From: an uncultured virus (IMG/VR IMGVR_UViG_3300022876_000185) | Taxonomy: Duplodnaviria > Heunggongvirae > Uroviricota > Caudoviricetes | Virus record (IMG/VR): IMGVR_UViG_3300022876_000185 | DNA length: 64,000 nt | Strand: one strand, 5' to 3' | Position numbers and translations under genes: made by a program | Shown: positions 27,409-38,164 of the stretch, piece by piece | Layout: the number at the start of each line of letters is the position of its first letter | How positions within the stretch are numbered: the stretch's first letter is position 1 | The notes under the pieces: generated by a model | The model's input: the letters and a program-made list of their open reading frames with translations, nothing else | What the model was told of the DNA's origin: nothing | Databases searched by the model: none

Positions 27409-28107
27409 TTAAACACTACGTTGTGCAATGATAATCTCTAATCCTTTTAAATCTCCGTTTGTCAGTGTGCCAGCGTCAAACTTTTCAAGATGAGATTTAT
27501 CAATAAGCTTTTTATCTACTGCTTGCTTTAGGTAGTCTCGTACTGCAGCTTTAAGTGTTTCGTTTGTAAATTGCATTTTATCATCATCCTTTGCAATATT
27601 ATTTGGTATTGAAGGTTGCATATTTGATTTAACCATTTGTAAAAAACTGCTCCATGGAATAGGTGCACTTGTGGAACGCATCTTACTAGGGCAATTTTTC
27701 CCACTGTAGAAATTGTGCTGTACTACATCATTGACTGTTAAGTTCTCGTCTTTAAGAATTTTTGCAACTAGTGATGCTGTATTTTGTACAGTCCTTACAT
27801 AGTCCCCATCAGCATTCACGCACATCTCAATATGGATTGCTTCGTTGTTCCCCTTTGTACTACCAGCAGCCCAACATTGATAGTCATGTGTAAATGATTG
27901 CACAGCTTCTTTGTCATCCACAGTCCAATGCCAGCTTGCTTGGCGACTGTTCCCATTAGCTTGCAGTCGAGCGTGATTGTCTGCCCCACTACCTTTTTTT
28001 GTATTGTCTGTTTCATGTATGCATACTTTTTTTCGAGTGTTTTTACATCCCCCTGTTACTTTAATAGCCACGGCTGCTGACACTAAATGTTGTCGGATTT
28101 GTACCAT
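27409..28107 (-). CDS. Endolysin, Amidase_2 (XlyA/CwlA-like)
   Basis: IHETDN, ASWHWTVDD, IHIEMC and QHNFYSGKNCP motifs. Confidence 0.9.
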   Translation of the reverse strand: MVQIRQHLVSAAVAIKVTGGCKNTRKKVCIHETDNTKKGSGADNHARLQANGNSRQASWHWTVDDKEAVQSFTHDYQCWAAGSTKGNNEAIHIEMCVNADGDYVRTVQNTASLVAKILKDENLTVNDVVQHNFYSGKNCPSKMRSTSAPIPWSSFLQMVKSNMQPSIPNNIAKDDDKMQFTNETLKAAVRDYLKQAVDKKLIDKSHLEKFDAGTLTNGDLKGLEIIIAQRSV

Positions 28108-28364
28108 TATTTATCACCCTTTAGCTTGTCATATCTCAAAGCTTGTTTACTATCATTTAGCCCTGGTGTTGTTGGATCGTGTACGATTCCGATTAACGCG
28201 AGAATAGTCAGTACCGTCTCGACCACGTTCGTTACTTGCGCACTAAAAAGTGTAATGTCTGCACCCCATATTGAGGCGATTTGTTGCACTAGGACAATAA
28301 TAAGCGCCCATAGAGATAATAGAAACGTTTTATTTTTAAAGCGTACTTTCCAGTTAATTTTCAT
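28107..28364 (-). CDS. Phage holin (phi LC3 family)
   Basis: MKINWKVRFKNK...DPTTPGLNDS; homologous to 1506-1763. Confidence 0.9.
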   Translation of the reverse strand: MKINWKVRFKNKTFLLSLWALIIVLVQQIASIWGADITLFSAQVTNVVETVLTILALIGIVHDPTTPGLNDSKQALRYDKLKGDK

Positions 28365-28653
28365 CCCTTTTTCCCTCCAGAGTATCGATTCTTTTATGAG
28401 CAGATTTTACACTTTCATCAATACGAGCAACTTCTTTATCTGTATTGTTCCAACGTTGTTCACTAGCCCTTAGATCTACTGCAATTGAGTTAACTGATTG
28501 GTTAATATTATCTAACTTTGTTTCAATTACCGCGCTTTTAAAAGCTTCGCTTTTCACATCTTTATCACGATTTCTATTAAATGTTAAAAAACCAATGAAA
28601 GCACCTAATACGGTACAAATTATACCAATTAAGGCTACTGTTTGACTGTCCAT
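28354..28653 (-). CDS. Lysis-module membrane/coiled-coil protein
   Basis: N-terminal TM, then ESVKSAHKRID motif. Confidence 0.75.
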   Translation of the reverse strand: MDSQTVALIGIICTVLGAFIGFLTFNRNRDKDVKSEAFKSAVIETKLDNINQSVNSIAVDLRASEQRWNNTDKEVARIDESVKSAHKRIDTLEGKRDEN

Positions 28654-28763
28654 GTCAACACCTCACAAATAAAAATAGCACCGCTCGGTACAGTGCATTT
28701 CTTAAATCTTGTTGTATAAAAATAGCCCTCCACAGATGATTGTGAAAGGCAAAAGAAAAATTG

Positions 28764-28868
28764 TTATTCTTTATCTAATTTCAATTGACTAAAAGCTGCT
28801 GTTAACCAAAAACCGATTGCACTAATAAAGAGTAGCGTTAAAATTGGATGCTCATATACAAGTTGCAT
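28764..28868 (-). CDS. 34-aa single-TM peptide (not in the ORF track)
   Basis: MQLVYEHPILTLLFISAIGFWLTAAFSQLKLDKE with GAGGTGA RBS. Confidence 0.5.
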   Translation of the reverse strand: MQLVYEHPILTLLFISAIGFWLTAAFSQLKLDKE

Positions 28869-28919
28869 TTTCTCACCTCATTTTTGGCATAAAAAATAAC
28901 GCCAGGCTTATGCCTGCGT

Positions 28920-29075
28920 TTATGTTGTTTGTTGAGCATCCATCAGTCCAATTAACTCAACATATTGTTCTTGTGTAATTCGTTTCATCATTAAGAAAAG
29001 TGATAAATCTGATTCTAAGGAATCGTAGACATAATTACCTGAATTAATAACAATCTTTGCAGCTTTATACACCAT
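28920..29075 (-). CDS. Small XkdX-like protein (51 aa)
   Basis: MVYKAAKIVINSGNY...RITQEQYVELIGLMD; GGAGG RBS; counterpart of 2030-2197. Confidence 0.65.
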   Translation of the reverse strand: MVYKAAKIVINSGNYVYDSLESDLSLFLMMKRITQEQYVELIGLMDAQQTT

Positions 29076-29088
29076 TTATATTTCCTCC

Positions 29089-29373
29089 CTATACTCCAAT
29101 TTCTTTTTGTATTAATAGCATTTCGGTATTCAACAGGATTTTTGCTTGCATTTCTTCTACTGATAATACAGGTGGTTCAGGTATATTAGGTTGCTCTGGC
29201 TCTTCGGGTCTTGGAATGAACTCTGGGAATGGTTCGTAATAAAACGTCCCATCTTCAGCTTGTCGCAGAATGCCAATTCCTTCTGGGAGTTCTTCCACCT
29301 CGATTAACCCTGTTAAATCTGGCTTAACTGGATATATTGTAAACGTTCCGTCATTTGGTAATAACCAAACCAT
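29089..29373 (-). CDS. Putative fibre chaperone/accessory protein
   Basis: Pro-rich, ends EEMQAKILLNTE like 2199-2480. Confidence 0.6.
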   Translation of the reverse strand: MVWLLPNDGTFTIYPVKPDLTGLIEVEELPEGIGILRQAEDGTFYYEPFPEFIPRPEEPEQPNIPEPPVLSVEEMQAKILLNTEMLLIQKEIGV

Positions 29374-30677
29374 TATTCTACCACCTCCTTATATGAATCA
29401 ATAACGTAGTCATATTTTGCAACATATAAACCATTTTGCGACTGATTAGTAGTCCCTATATACACATCACGTTTATCGTAACCATGTATAGGGTATGAAT
29501 ATGCCGAAATGGTAGTAGGTGAATTAACTTGCTCTAAATCCCATTGTAGAGGTAAAAGCACTTCAGAAGGTCGGGAATCAAAGTAGAATTTTTCTCTTTT
29601 AAATTTTTGGATCATACTTACTGTTCCAGCATTGTTAGTTCCATTCCATTCAACCGCATATGGCACAAACAGAGTAAATGATTCCTCGTCAATATGTTGT
29701 AATACGGCACTACCCATAGATAATTTCGGTGTAACAGCACGTGTTAATAGAGTTTTCTTATCAGTTACAACTACTGTGTTGTTATCTGCTGTTATAAATT
29801 TGTCCTCATCCTCATATACAACGCCCGTCAAACCAACATGTTGTGCCATAGTCACTGAAATGGTTGTATATGCTAAGACGGTCTTTGTACGAAAATTATA
29901 TCGACAGATATAACCAATGGTGTTTTGGTCGTTTTGACCAACTAGAATAATAACATCTGGGTCTGCACCACCATCATCCATAATGCGGTGTACTGAGCCC
30001 ATGATGTATGAGCCTATTGACACACCAGCGACTGAAGTATTTGTGGAATTATTACTAGCACCAATACCAGTGGTTAATTTAGAGTCTGATCTGAAATAAT
30101 TCATCAATTGATTTCCAGCAAGTAAGAAGACATATGCTCTAGTTTTTATTAATCTAGGAATAACAGTAAGACCATTAAACCCAGGTATATCAATCATTAA
30201 ATCTGTCGGATTGTATGAATGCGTTCGATCCCGAATGTTTGTAGTATCAATTATAACTACCTTCGGTAAATTACTGACATTTATTGTATAATAAATGATG
30301 CTTCCAACTTGTATCATCGTATCCATATTGCCTAATCTACCAGTATACGACCAGCCTCGCATTCCTGGAACTGCTGCTTGCCAAGTTGAATGGGGGGTTG
30401 ATATTTGGGTTACAGATTTTTGTGCTTTATTAATTAACCAATGATTTGCGGAAGAATGTTGTTTTACATATATAAAATCCTCAGTCATGCCCATATATGA
30501 TAATGGCATTGATAAATCGTGTATCATTTCTCTGATTCTTAACTCCTCACGCATTACAGGTAGAAAACGTTTACCCTCGTCGCTAACTAGCAACCCAGCA
30601 GATGCGTCAATGTTCTCAACCATGTTTTTTATTTCTAATTGTGTTGGCTCTGTAGCAACTTGAAATCTACCACCCAT
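29373..30677 (-). CDS. Putative receptor-binding tail protein
   Basis: 434 aa, beta-rich, distal to the baseplate upper protein. Confidence 0.55.
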   Translation of the reverse strand: MGGRFQVATEPTQLEIKNMVENIDASAGLLVSDEGKRFLPVMREELRIREMIHDLSMPLSYMGMTEDFIYVKQHSSANHWLINKAQKSVTQISTPHSTWQAAVPGMRGWSYTGRLGNMDTMIQVGSIIYYTINVSNLPKVVIIDTTNIRDRTHSYNPTDLMIDIPGFNGLTVIPRLIKTRAYVFLLAGNQLMNYFRSDSKLTTGIGASNNSTNTSVAGVSIGSYIMGSVHRIMDDGGADPDVIILVGQNDQNTIGYICRYNFRTKTVLAYTTISVTMAQHVGLTGVVYEDEDKFITADNNTVVVTDKKTLLTRAVTPKLSMGSAVLQHIDEESFTLFVPYAVEWNGTNNAGTVSMIQKFKREKFYFDSRPSEVLLPLQWDLEQVNSPTTISAYSYPIHGYDKRDVYIGTTNQSQNGLYVAKYDYVIDSYKEVVE

Positions 30678-30679
30678 GT

Positions 30680-31570
30680 TTATACCTCCTCATACGCAAA
30701 GAATAACTTACCATCTTCAATAACCCAGCCTGTTGCATATCTTTTACCTGTCACTTCATCAACTTGAAAATGTGGTAGTCTGGCATTTTCATGGTCATTG
30801 AATTTATTTAATAATTTCCCGTCGGCTGTGGTATCGAGTATATCTTTAACTGTCTCAAACCATGCGTCAAAGTGATTTTTGCGCCCTTCTAACCATGTGT
30901 AATAAAGCTGTTCTTCTGCTTGTCGCCACGCCTCAAAGCCTTGTTCCTGAGCATCTATCCAGTTCTCCAAAGCTGTTGTTACATCCGTTTGCCATTGTAA
31001 AAACTCTGCTGCTTTAGTAACTGAATAGTCCTCAAACCAACTCTGATATTGATTGAAAATGGTTGTAGTATCTACTTGATTTACAACACCATGCATAAGA
31101 CCGCACAAGTTATTATTTAAACGAGTATCTGTAATAGCAGCCTGATTAATTGTTAATGCACCTTTAGCTATATATACATCTGCTAACGCTAATTCATAAG
31201 CGTCTGCATCTCGTTTTAATGTAGGGGCAACTGGTGATGCAGATAAAGTACCTTTCTTGACCTCCACACTCATTTTACGTTGCACGAAATCTAATCTTAT
31301 AACAATACGATCAATACGATTAAGTGTTGTGTCACCTGCTGAAAGTGGCAAGGTATAGTTGTCATCATTGATTAAGTAATAGCCATTAATCCATGCTTTA
31401 CCTGGACGTACAAATACACTCATTGAATCCCCAGTTGCATAAATTTGCAAACAGTCTGAAGGCTTTACAAAAATACCATTACCGATGAACGTCGCAAAAT
31501 ACTGTGCAAAATCCTCTGCCTTATATTTTCTATCTCCGTTGATAGAGTTGAATACTCCGAATTTAATCAT
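30680..31570 (-). CDS. Baseplate upper/tail fibre base protein
   Basis: FNSINGDRKY.AEDFA.YF..FIGNG, RIDRIVIRLD and ITDTRLN...CG motifs. Confidence 0.8.
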   Translation of the reverse strand: MIKFGVFNSINGDRKYKAEDFAQYFATFIGNGIFVKPSDCLQIYATGDSMSVFVRPGKAWINGYYLINDDNYTLPLSAGDTTLNRIDRIVIRLDFVQRKMSVEVKKGTLSASPVAPTLKRDADAYELALADVYIAKGALTINQAAITDTRLNNNLCGLMHGVVNQVDTTTIFNQYQSWFEDYSVTKAAEFLQWQTDVTTALENWIDAQEQGFEAWRQAEEQLYYTWLEGRKNHFDAWFETVKDILDTTADGKLLNKFNDHENARLPHFQVDEVTGKRYATGWVIEDGKLFFAYEEV

Positions 31571-32689
31571 TTATTTCACCATCCTTTTAATAGCCTCTGG
31601 AAGTGTTGGAACCGACTTTCCTACGGTTACATAGATTGATTTACCGTCCTGCTGAAAAACTTCATCTGCCTGCATGACACGACTATTCATTAAAATACCT
31701 AGTTCATCATCCTTTATTGTTATTAAGTCCCCTAGAAAGAAATCCTCATTGTATTTTGTGTTTTCTTTGGTAACATCCAATTCACAATCGAAGCCGATAA
31801 ACTCTGTATACTCAGCTATTTTTTCTTTACCTTTTGCTACAAGTAATGAGTTGTATTCTCCTGACGAAATAGGCATTTGTTCGCCTTCCACATCTCTTGT
31901 ATCAGATATTTCTCTGGCATCAATAAATATTTCTCTTCTGCTTAATCCCTTGTAGGTTGTGCCGATTGTTGCTGTTTTCCGATATACTCCCTCGCCAGCT
32001 CCGCCAATTAGAGCAGTTGTTTTCCAACTATTATCTGCATCTTCATACTTTCTTTTTAGCAAATTGCTTCGACTCTTTGACAAGATAATTCGAGGATTCA
32101 AACTTTGATTAATCGTTCTGTCTGTCCCTTCGTAAAAATCATATTTAAGTGTTCGGCCATCAAATAAACAGCGCATCCCAATATCATGAGTGGTACATAA
32201 ATTTTCACATACCTCAAAAACTTGCTTATATGATATTTGTTGTTGAATTGCTTTACCGATGTTTTTCACTGTAGCGAGTTGCACCTGGGCGATTTTACGA
32301 TTTGTATCAGTAGGACTAATCATATTTTCAATAATACTCTGCCTCATGATTTGTTCAGGTGTTGTATTAAAGTCATATTGCTTCCACAAAATTCTTCGGT
32401 CTGTCCAACGAGTTAGAGAAAAACATTTGATAACCAATTGATCTACACCATTACTATCATCAAATTGACGATAATAAATAAACATAGCTTCGTTATCATC
32501 TTGACGGAAAATGATATTGCCCTTTTTAAGCAACTCAATGTTTTTAGGAGTTACATCAACGTGTAGTTCGGCCTCACTACCAGGACCATACTTTTTCCTC
32601 CACAAAAGATATGAGAAGTTCCCGATGAAGCCTAACCTTTCAAAATTCTCATTACATACATAGAGCATGATTAAATTACACCCCCACAA
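31571..32689 (-). CDS. Siphovirus ReqiPepy6 Gp37-like tail (hub) protein
   Basis: ALIGGAGEG, RREIFIDARE and DFFLGDLITI motifs. Confidence 0.85.
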   Translation of the reverse strand: MWGCNLIMLYVCNENFERLGFIGNFSYLLWRKKYGPGSEAELHVDVTPKNIELLKKGNIIFRQDDNEAMFIYYRQFDDSNGVDQLVIKCFSLTRWTDRRILWKQYDFNTTPEQIMRQSIIENMISPTDTNRKIAQVQLATVKNIGKAIQQQISYKQVFEVCENLCTTHDIGMRCLFDGRTLKYDFYEGTDRTINQSLNPRIILSKSRSNLLKRKYEDADNSWKTTALIGGAGEGVYRKTATIGTTYKGLSRREIFIDAREISDTRDVEGEQMPISSGEYNSLLVAKGKEKIAEYTEFIGFDCELDVTKENTKYNEDFFLGDLITIKDDELGILMNSRVMQADEVFQQDGKSIYVTVGKSVPTLPEAIKRMVK

Positions 32690-33551
32690 ATTGAGGCGTG
32701 AAGTAAATAGACACCTCTAAATTAGATACAAATTGGGCAGCGTCATAGCGAATCAAGTTATCACCTACATCCACACTAAGTTGAATATCCGAATCGTAGG
32801 AAAGGTAATTGAAGTAATTAATTTGCTGTCCATTTCGTTCAAGAATGGCGTATTCATTACCTCTTTGAGTATTTACTGTGACAACATCACCGCCTTGTAA
32901 AGTACCTTCAATTTTGACAATACGACCAGTATCTACAACTTCTATATATGGCTCAACCACACTCCCTAAAGCTGTAAACTGAATACGCAAGGGTGATGCT
33001 GTATCACTATCATTAAAGACATTGACTACATTGTTAGGCTCACGGTAGCCCATTTCAATACCGTCTCCATCTGCATCAATTTCAAGTTCAAATTCAAAGG
33101 CTGCTACCCACATAGCAATTTCATATTTCTGTTCCTCTGTATACCACCATGGATTAGGGCAAAGAAATGAAATCATAAATTCAGGAATGATATGCTTACT
33201 CACAACAGGTGATTTTTCAACTCTACAATCTATATACCGAGTAACTTCACCATTCTCATATCTCAATGTAAAGTGATGTTTAGGATTAAAGAAGCGAATA
33301 ATCTTTTGCCGATTGATTTCTTTATCCAAGCGAATACGGCCATTAATTACAATATTCCGTTCCCGAACACTAGAACCTTTTACATTGGTTCCATCTTCGT
33401 TGTAATTCTTTACATTATAGAATTCATTTTCTAAGGCCTCTAAGCCATCAGCAGTATCTAAATAAAAAGGGCTAGACACTGATATTTCAAATGTCTGCCC
33501 ACGATGATTATCAAATATTAATTTCTCTCGCCTTTGGAAAGACTCTATCAT
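32676..33551 (-). CDS. Distal tail protein (Dit)
   Basis: RNIVING, FLCPNPWW and GDNLIRY motifs; follows the TMP. Confidence 0.85.
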   Translation of the reverse strand: MIESFQRREKLIFDNHRGQTFEISVSSPFYLDTADGLEALENEFYNVKNYNEDGTNVKGSSVRERNIVINGRIRLDKEINRQKIIRFFNPKHHFTLRYENGEVTRYIDCRVEKSPVVSKHIIPEFMISFLCPNPWWYTEEQKYEIAMWVAAFEFELEIDADGDGIEMGYREPNNVVNVFNDSDTASPLRIQFTALGSVVEPYIEVVDTGRIVKIEGTLQGGDVVTVNTQRGNEYAILERNGQQINYFNYLSYDSDIQLSVDVGDNLIRYDAAQFVSNLEVSIYFTPQFVGV

Positions 33552-33564
33552 GCTCTAACCCCCT

Positions 33565-36500
33565 TTAAAATTGTAACCCCATTTCCTTCAAAGCATTTTT
33601 AGCCATTCTTGCTGACTCATATGGATCAAGTGCTTTGGGACTTGTAAAGTTCATGTGGTAATGGTTTTCTATAGTTGAAGTAGAAGTTGTGGAGGACACA
33701 GGTGTTTGAGCAGTCGTTTCCTTACTCGCTACAGACTTCTCTGCACTACTTGCTAATGAACCATACACACTATTCATAGCACGTTGTAATCTACTACTAG
33801 ACTGCTCCATACCTTTAATTAGCCCTTCATTGATGTTTACCCCGAACCCCATTGTTACCCTTGATGGTGAATGGATTTCTAATGCAGCAGCAATAGTGTT
33901 AGCAATGTTATTAGCGATTTCTTGTGCCTTAGCATACAAAGCATTTGCAGTTGATGAAAGACCTTCTAAAAGTCCATTTCCTGCATCTACGCCTATTTGC
34001 TTTAATGACGAAAGCTCCGATTTCGTACCTTGTGTAACAGTTTTAATTTTAGTTTGCCATTCTAAATTAAGCTTTGTGAGTTGGTCATTTGCAGTTTTTC
34101 GCATTTCTTCAATTTTTACTTGAGTATCCATTTTCATACCTGATAATTCTGTTTCAGCTTGCTCTCGCGCAAGTTGCGATTTCTCTTGATACAATGCGCT
34201 GTATTGAGACAATTGCTCATCCGTCATACTATTAAGGGCGACTAACTCAGGTAATGCTTTAACACCTAAAGCAGATAGTTCTTCTAATAATTCTTTATTA
34301 ACCCCCCGACCTGAAAGCTTCTCAAATTCAGCTTGCCACTGTTTAAAACCATCAACCTGACCTTGTAAATTAGTCATCAGTTCAAGACCAGTACGGTTCA
34401 ACTCAACCTTGAATTCATCGAAAGTACCAGCATAGGACTTCAAAGCCTGCTCTCTATTTTTTAAAGCGTCAGTGTATGCCTTTGTTGCTTCTTCTTCTTG
34501 TTTAATGAGGTTGTCACTAATGGTTTGGATTTTTGATTGATATTCAGAATTAATCGAGACAATTTGCTTGTTAATATCTTCAACAGCTTTTTGATATTCC
34601 TTTTGAGCAGTAATACGCTCTCTTGTACCTTCTGCAAAGAGTTCAATTGATTGCTCCCAAATTGCTGCTTCTTGTACTAACGATAATTCATCTAATGATT
34701 TTTTATCAGCAATATAGTTCTTGATTACCTCAAGATACTCTTTTTCAGATTTCTCTACTAAAGCTTTATACTTTTTCTGAAAATCAATTTCTGATTTCAT
34801 TTTATTATCTCTATACGAAGCTTCCAGTAAAGCAATCTCTTGAAGTTCCTGTTGAGTTAACTTACGTTTCTTTTTAGCAGCATTGTTTTGGATTTTGTAG
34901 ATTTTTTCTAACGTCTTATCATTTTTATCCTCATTCTTTTTATTAAATTCATCAATCAAATTTGAGTATTCTTCTTGATAAGACTTAGATACTGCTAAAA
35001 TACCATTACCGATATTCTCCATAGCTGCATTAACCTTTGGTGCAGATTGATTTAAACCAATTATCATACCTTCACCTGTCCACAAACCAATCTTCATAAA
35101 TTCCCTTGAAGGCGAATGAATACCAAGCAACTTTTTCGCTGTGTTGACTACGCCATCCACAACACCTGTAATTGACTCAATCGCATTTGCTGTCATGGCT
35201 GAAATACCCTTTATCAAACCATTTATAATATCCTTACCTATACCAGTAAATTGTTCTGGCAACGATTTTACTTTCTCAATCATTCCATCCTTAATTTCAT
35301 TCATTTTCTTAACTACGTTTGTCTTCATAGTAGAAACTGTATTTACAAAATTAGTAGAAAGATTTTTAACGAAATTGATAACTGATGTAACCATGTTCGA
35401 AATAGTGCTACTTGCATTAGTTCCCAAATTTTTAAAGAAATTTATTACAGATGTAGAGAAATTAGAAACTGTGGAGGACACTTTTGAGCCCATTGAGGTA
35501 AAGAATTTAGCTATGTCATCCCACATGCCTTTTAATAGACTAACACCTGTTTTAGCAAGGTTAGTGACAATCGTTTTGATTCCACCAAAGAATGAAAGTG
35601 TCATCCAACCAACAACAAGATCAATGGCCCCTTTAAATATTTGTTTAACGCCTTCCCACATTTTTGAGAAGTCACCTGTAAATAGACCACTAAACGTTTT
35701 AATGAGACCCATTATGATGTTTAATGCACCATCTATGACTTGTTTAATGGCATTCCACACTGTTTCGATGATGAGCTTCACAGCTGGCATAACAAACTCT
35801 ATAACAGCCTTTATGCCATTAAAGATATTCTGAACTGCCTGTAAAATTTGAGCACCTTCAGTGTCCCAAAACTGTTTGATTTGTGCTATTTTTTCTCCAA
35901 TAAAAGAAGCCACTGTTTCAAATACAGTGACTGCAACATCCCTAATTGCCTGGAATACATTATTTACATTTTCCCTAAATGTCTCAGAATTTTGATAAGC
36001 AGCCACTAGGGCGACACCCAGTCCCACTATCGCAGCTACTACTAAAGTAATCGGAGAAGTTATAGCGCCAATTATTGCTGCTAATGCAGGCCATGCGGTG
36101 ACAAGTCCACCAATAGCTGGCATTAATGCAGCGAATGCACCTACTAAAATAGCGATTGTAGCAACAATAGCAACTATTGCTGAAGCTAAACCAGCATTAT
36201 TAGATACCCATTCTGCGATCTTTGCCACTAACTGTGCAATGCTTGATAATAAAGGTGCAAGAGATTCTTTAAGACTACCCATTGCTGTTGATAACGTATA
36301 AGCAGGATCAGCATTGATTTTAGCGACATCATCATTCAATTTCTTTTGCATATCATCAGCTGACTGTATATGTTTATCCATGTTAAGAATCGTATTAGCG
36401 ATATTCTCTCCTTGGTCTTCCCACATTGTGCCAAAGAGCTCAACACCTAATGCGTTTCGTGCTACATCATCTTCAACATTCATTAAATATTGTGTCATGT

Positions 36501-37899
36501 CCTGAAACGCCTGATTACCTTTTTCGCCACCTTGAGCGATTGCTACACCCCACTTACGAAATTGCTCTTCAGAACCTCCAATAATTTGCAATGCATCAAT
36601 CATTGAAGTTGATAAACCTGCACCCATTTCAGCAGCCTTAATACGTCCTTCCTTTAGTCCATCTAAAAGATTATCTATATTCCATGTCCCAGTTTCAACG
36701 CCTGCTGCCATAATTCCTTGGACTTGTTTTGCATCAAATCCTGCTCTTTGAAGTTGTCCGCCATATTCAGCAATAATATCTAATTGTTCTGTAGGAAAAC
36801 CAACACTTAATAATTGATTCGTTAATGCTAAAGCATCCTTTTGAGATATTTTTAATTCTTTACCTATTTCAAATGATTCCTGAATTAACTCTTTAAAATC
36901 TATCTCTTTATAAGCACTTGAAATCATTGCTGCGCCTTTAATTATCTCTTGGTTAGTTTCCATAGACGCATCTTTATTAAGGACCATTTGTCTACGTACA
37001 CCTTCATAGGCAGCTTCTTCATCTCCAATTGCGGCTGTGGTTTCCATAATAGATTGACGAACTGCTTGGGAATCTGCTTCATTAAGATTCATGGAAATAT
37101 CAATATTAGTATTTAGTTTAGATACATCTAAAGATTGTTGTACAACCCCTGCAATACCACCGCCAGCTGCTAACCCTGCAACTACACCAGATAATTCTTG
37201 ACCAAATCCATTAACTGCTTCTTCAGCCTCATTAGCTTCTTGAGTGATTCTTGCTAAGTCTTGTCTTACTCCGTTTAAATCAGCACCTTCAGCTGCTCTA
37301 CGTAGGGCTTCCCTCATTTGATCAATATCTACACCAGCACCTAAAGCATGTTGACCCATTACACGTAAAGCGCGATTCATTTGGTCAGTTGTGGCTGACC
37401 CATCACGAATTGCATTTGTTAAGCGTGTTCCTAATAAGTCAGCGAATTGATTGACATCAGTACCAGTGGCCTCGAAAAACGCTGATAATTCACCTGTCGT
37501 ACGTGCTAATCGGTCTTGCTCATTAGCTGTGCTAGCCATTTGAGCATTGAACCGTTGCATTTGTGCTTCAGTAGTTGCTAGTTCACGTTGGAATGCCCTG
37601 TATTGTTCGGACCCTATTTCACCATTACGAAACTGTGCTTCAACTTGTGATTGAGCTTCTTTTAAAACATCTAGTTTTTGACTTGTGTTTTGAATTTGTT
37701 CTGCTAAAAGTTGCTGTTTTTGAGCAATCAATTCGGCATTACCTGGATCGAATTTTAATGCACGTTCAACTTCTCTTAATTCACTAGTTACCTTATCACT
37801 TTCTTTATTAACGTCTTTTAAAGCATCCGTTAGCCCTGTTGTATCTCCATTTAGTTCAATCGTAATACCTTTGATTCGATTGTTTGCCATTACCCTCAC
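33565..37899 (-). CDS. Tape measure protein
   Basis: RIKGITIELNGDTTGL N-terminus, W/F-periodic repeats, two IHSPSR motifs; 1444 aa. Confidence 0.95.
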   Translation of the reverse strand: MRVMANNRIKGITIELNGDTTGLTDALKDVNKESDKVTSELREVERALKFDPGNAELIAQKQQLLAEQIQNTSQKLDVLKEAQSQVEAQFRNGEIGSEQYRAFQRELATTEAQMQRFNAQMASTANEQDRLARTTGELSAFFEATGTDVNQFADLLGTRLTNAIRDGSATTDQMNRALRVMGQHALGAGVDIDQMREALRRAAEGADLNGVRQDLARITQEANEAEEAVNGFGQELSGVVAGLAAGGGIAGVVQQSLDVSKLNTNIDISMNLNEADSQAVRQSIMETTAAIGDEEAAYEGVRRQMVLNKDASMETNQEIIKGAAMISSAYKEIDFKELIQESFEIGKELKISQKDALALTNQLLSVGFPTEQLDIIAEYGGQLQRAGFDAKQVQGIMAAGVETGTWNIDNLLDGLKEGRIKAAEMGAGLSTSMIDALQIIGGSEEQFRKWGVAIAQGGEKGNQAFQDMTQYLMNVEDDVARNALGVELFGTMWEDQGENIANTILNMDKHIQSADDMQKKLNDDVAKINADPAYTLSTAMGSLKESLAPLLSSIAQLVAKIAEWVSNNAGLASAIVAIVATIAILVGAFAALMPAIGGLVTAWPALAAIIGAITSPITLVVAAIVGLGVALVAAYQNSETFRENVNNVFQAIRDVAVTVFETVASFIGEKIAQIKQFWDTEGAQILQAVQNIFNGIKAVIEFVMPAVKLIIETVWNAIKQVIDGALNIIMGLIKTFSGLFTGDFSKMWEGVKQIFKGAIDLVVGWMTLSFFGGIKTIVTNLAKTGVSLLKGMWDDIAKFFTSMGSKVSSTVSNFSTSVINFFKNLGTNASSTISNMVTSVINFVKNLSTNFVNTVSTMKTNVVKKMNEIKDGMIEKVKSLPEQFTGIGKDIINGLIKGISAMTANAIESITGVVDGVVNTAKKLLGIHSPSREFMKIGLWTGEGMIIGLNQSAPKVNAAMENIGNGILAVSKSYQEEYSNLIDEFNKKNEDKNDKTLEKIYKIQNNAAKKKRKLTQQELQEIALLEASYRDNKMKSEIDFQKKYKALVEKSEKEYLEVIKNYIADKKSLDELSLVQEAAIWEQSIELFAEGTRERITAQKEYQKAVEDINKQIVSINSEYQSKIQTISDNLIKQEEEATKAYTDALKNREQALKSYAGTFDEFKVELNRTGLELMTNLQGQVDGFKQWQAEFEKLSGRGVNKELLEELSALGVKALPELVALNSMTDEQLSQYSALYQEKSQLAREQAETELSGMKMDTQVKIEEMRKTANDQLTKLNLEWQTKIKTVTQGTKSELSSLKQIGVDAGNGLLEGLSSTANALYAKAQEIANNIANTIAAALEIHSPSRVTMGFGVNINEGLIKGMEQSSSRLQRAMNSVYGSLASSAEKSVASKETTAQTPVSSTTSTSTIENHYHMNFTSPKALDPYESARMAKNALKEMGLQF

Positions 37900-37942
37900 C
37901 TACCTTTTGAACAAATAAAAAACACCTGCCAAAAGGCAAGTG

Positions 37943-38164
37943 TTAAAACATGTCGAAATCAGCTTGTGAAGCCTTACGAACTGTTTTCTTTTCTTTTTTA
38001 TTGTTTGGATTCTTTGTTTCTAGATATTCGTCAATGTAATCTAAACACATACCGAATGTCATTGTTTCAAGATCATCATGTGTTAGCCCACATTCTTTAC
38101 ATAGTACTAAAAATTGTTCGGTGCTAATTTCTCCAGATGGACTATTAGTACCGTCATTCGCTAC
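37943..38164 (-). CDS. -1 frameshift extension of the tail assembly chaperone
   Basis: Slippery AAA AAA AAG before TAG; the -1 frame is open for 73 codons ending RKASQADFDMF. Confidence 0.8.
   Translation of the reverse strand, partial: VANDGTNSPSGEISTEQFLVLCKECGLTHDDLETMTFGMCLDYIDEYLETKNPNNKKEKKTVRKASQADFDMF

Noticed and set aside
35141..35833. Long antisense ORFs (also 10749-11249, 54310-54789, 24662-25060, 25923-26234)
   Set aside because: Shadows of well-supported genes on the opposite strand, with no RBS or recognisable motifs.
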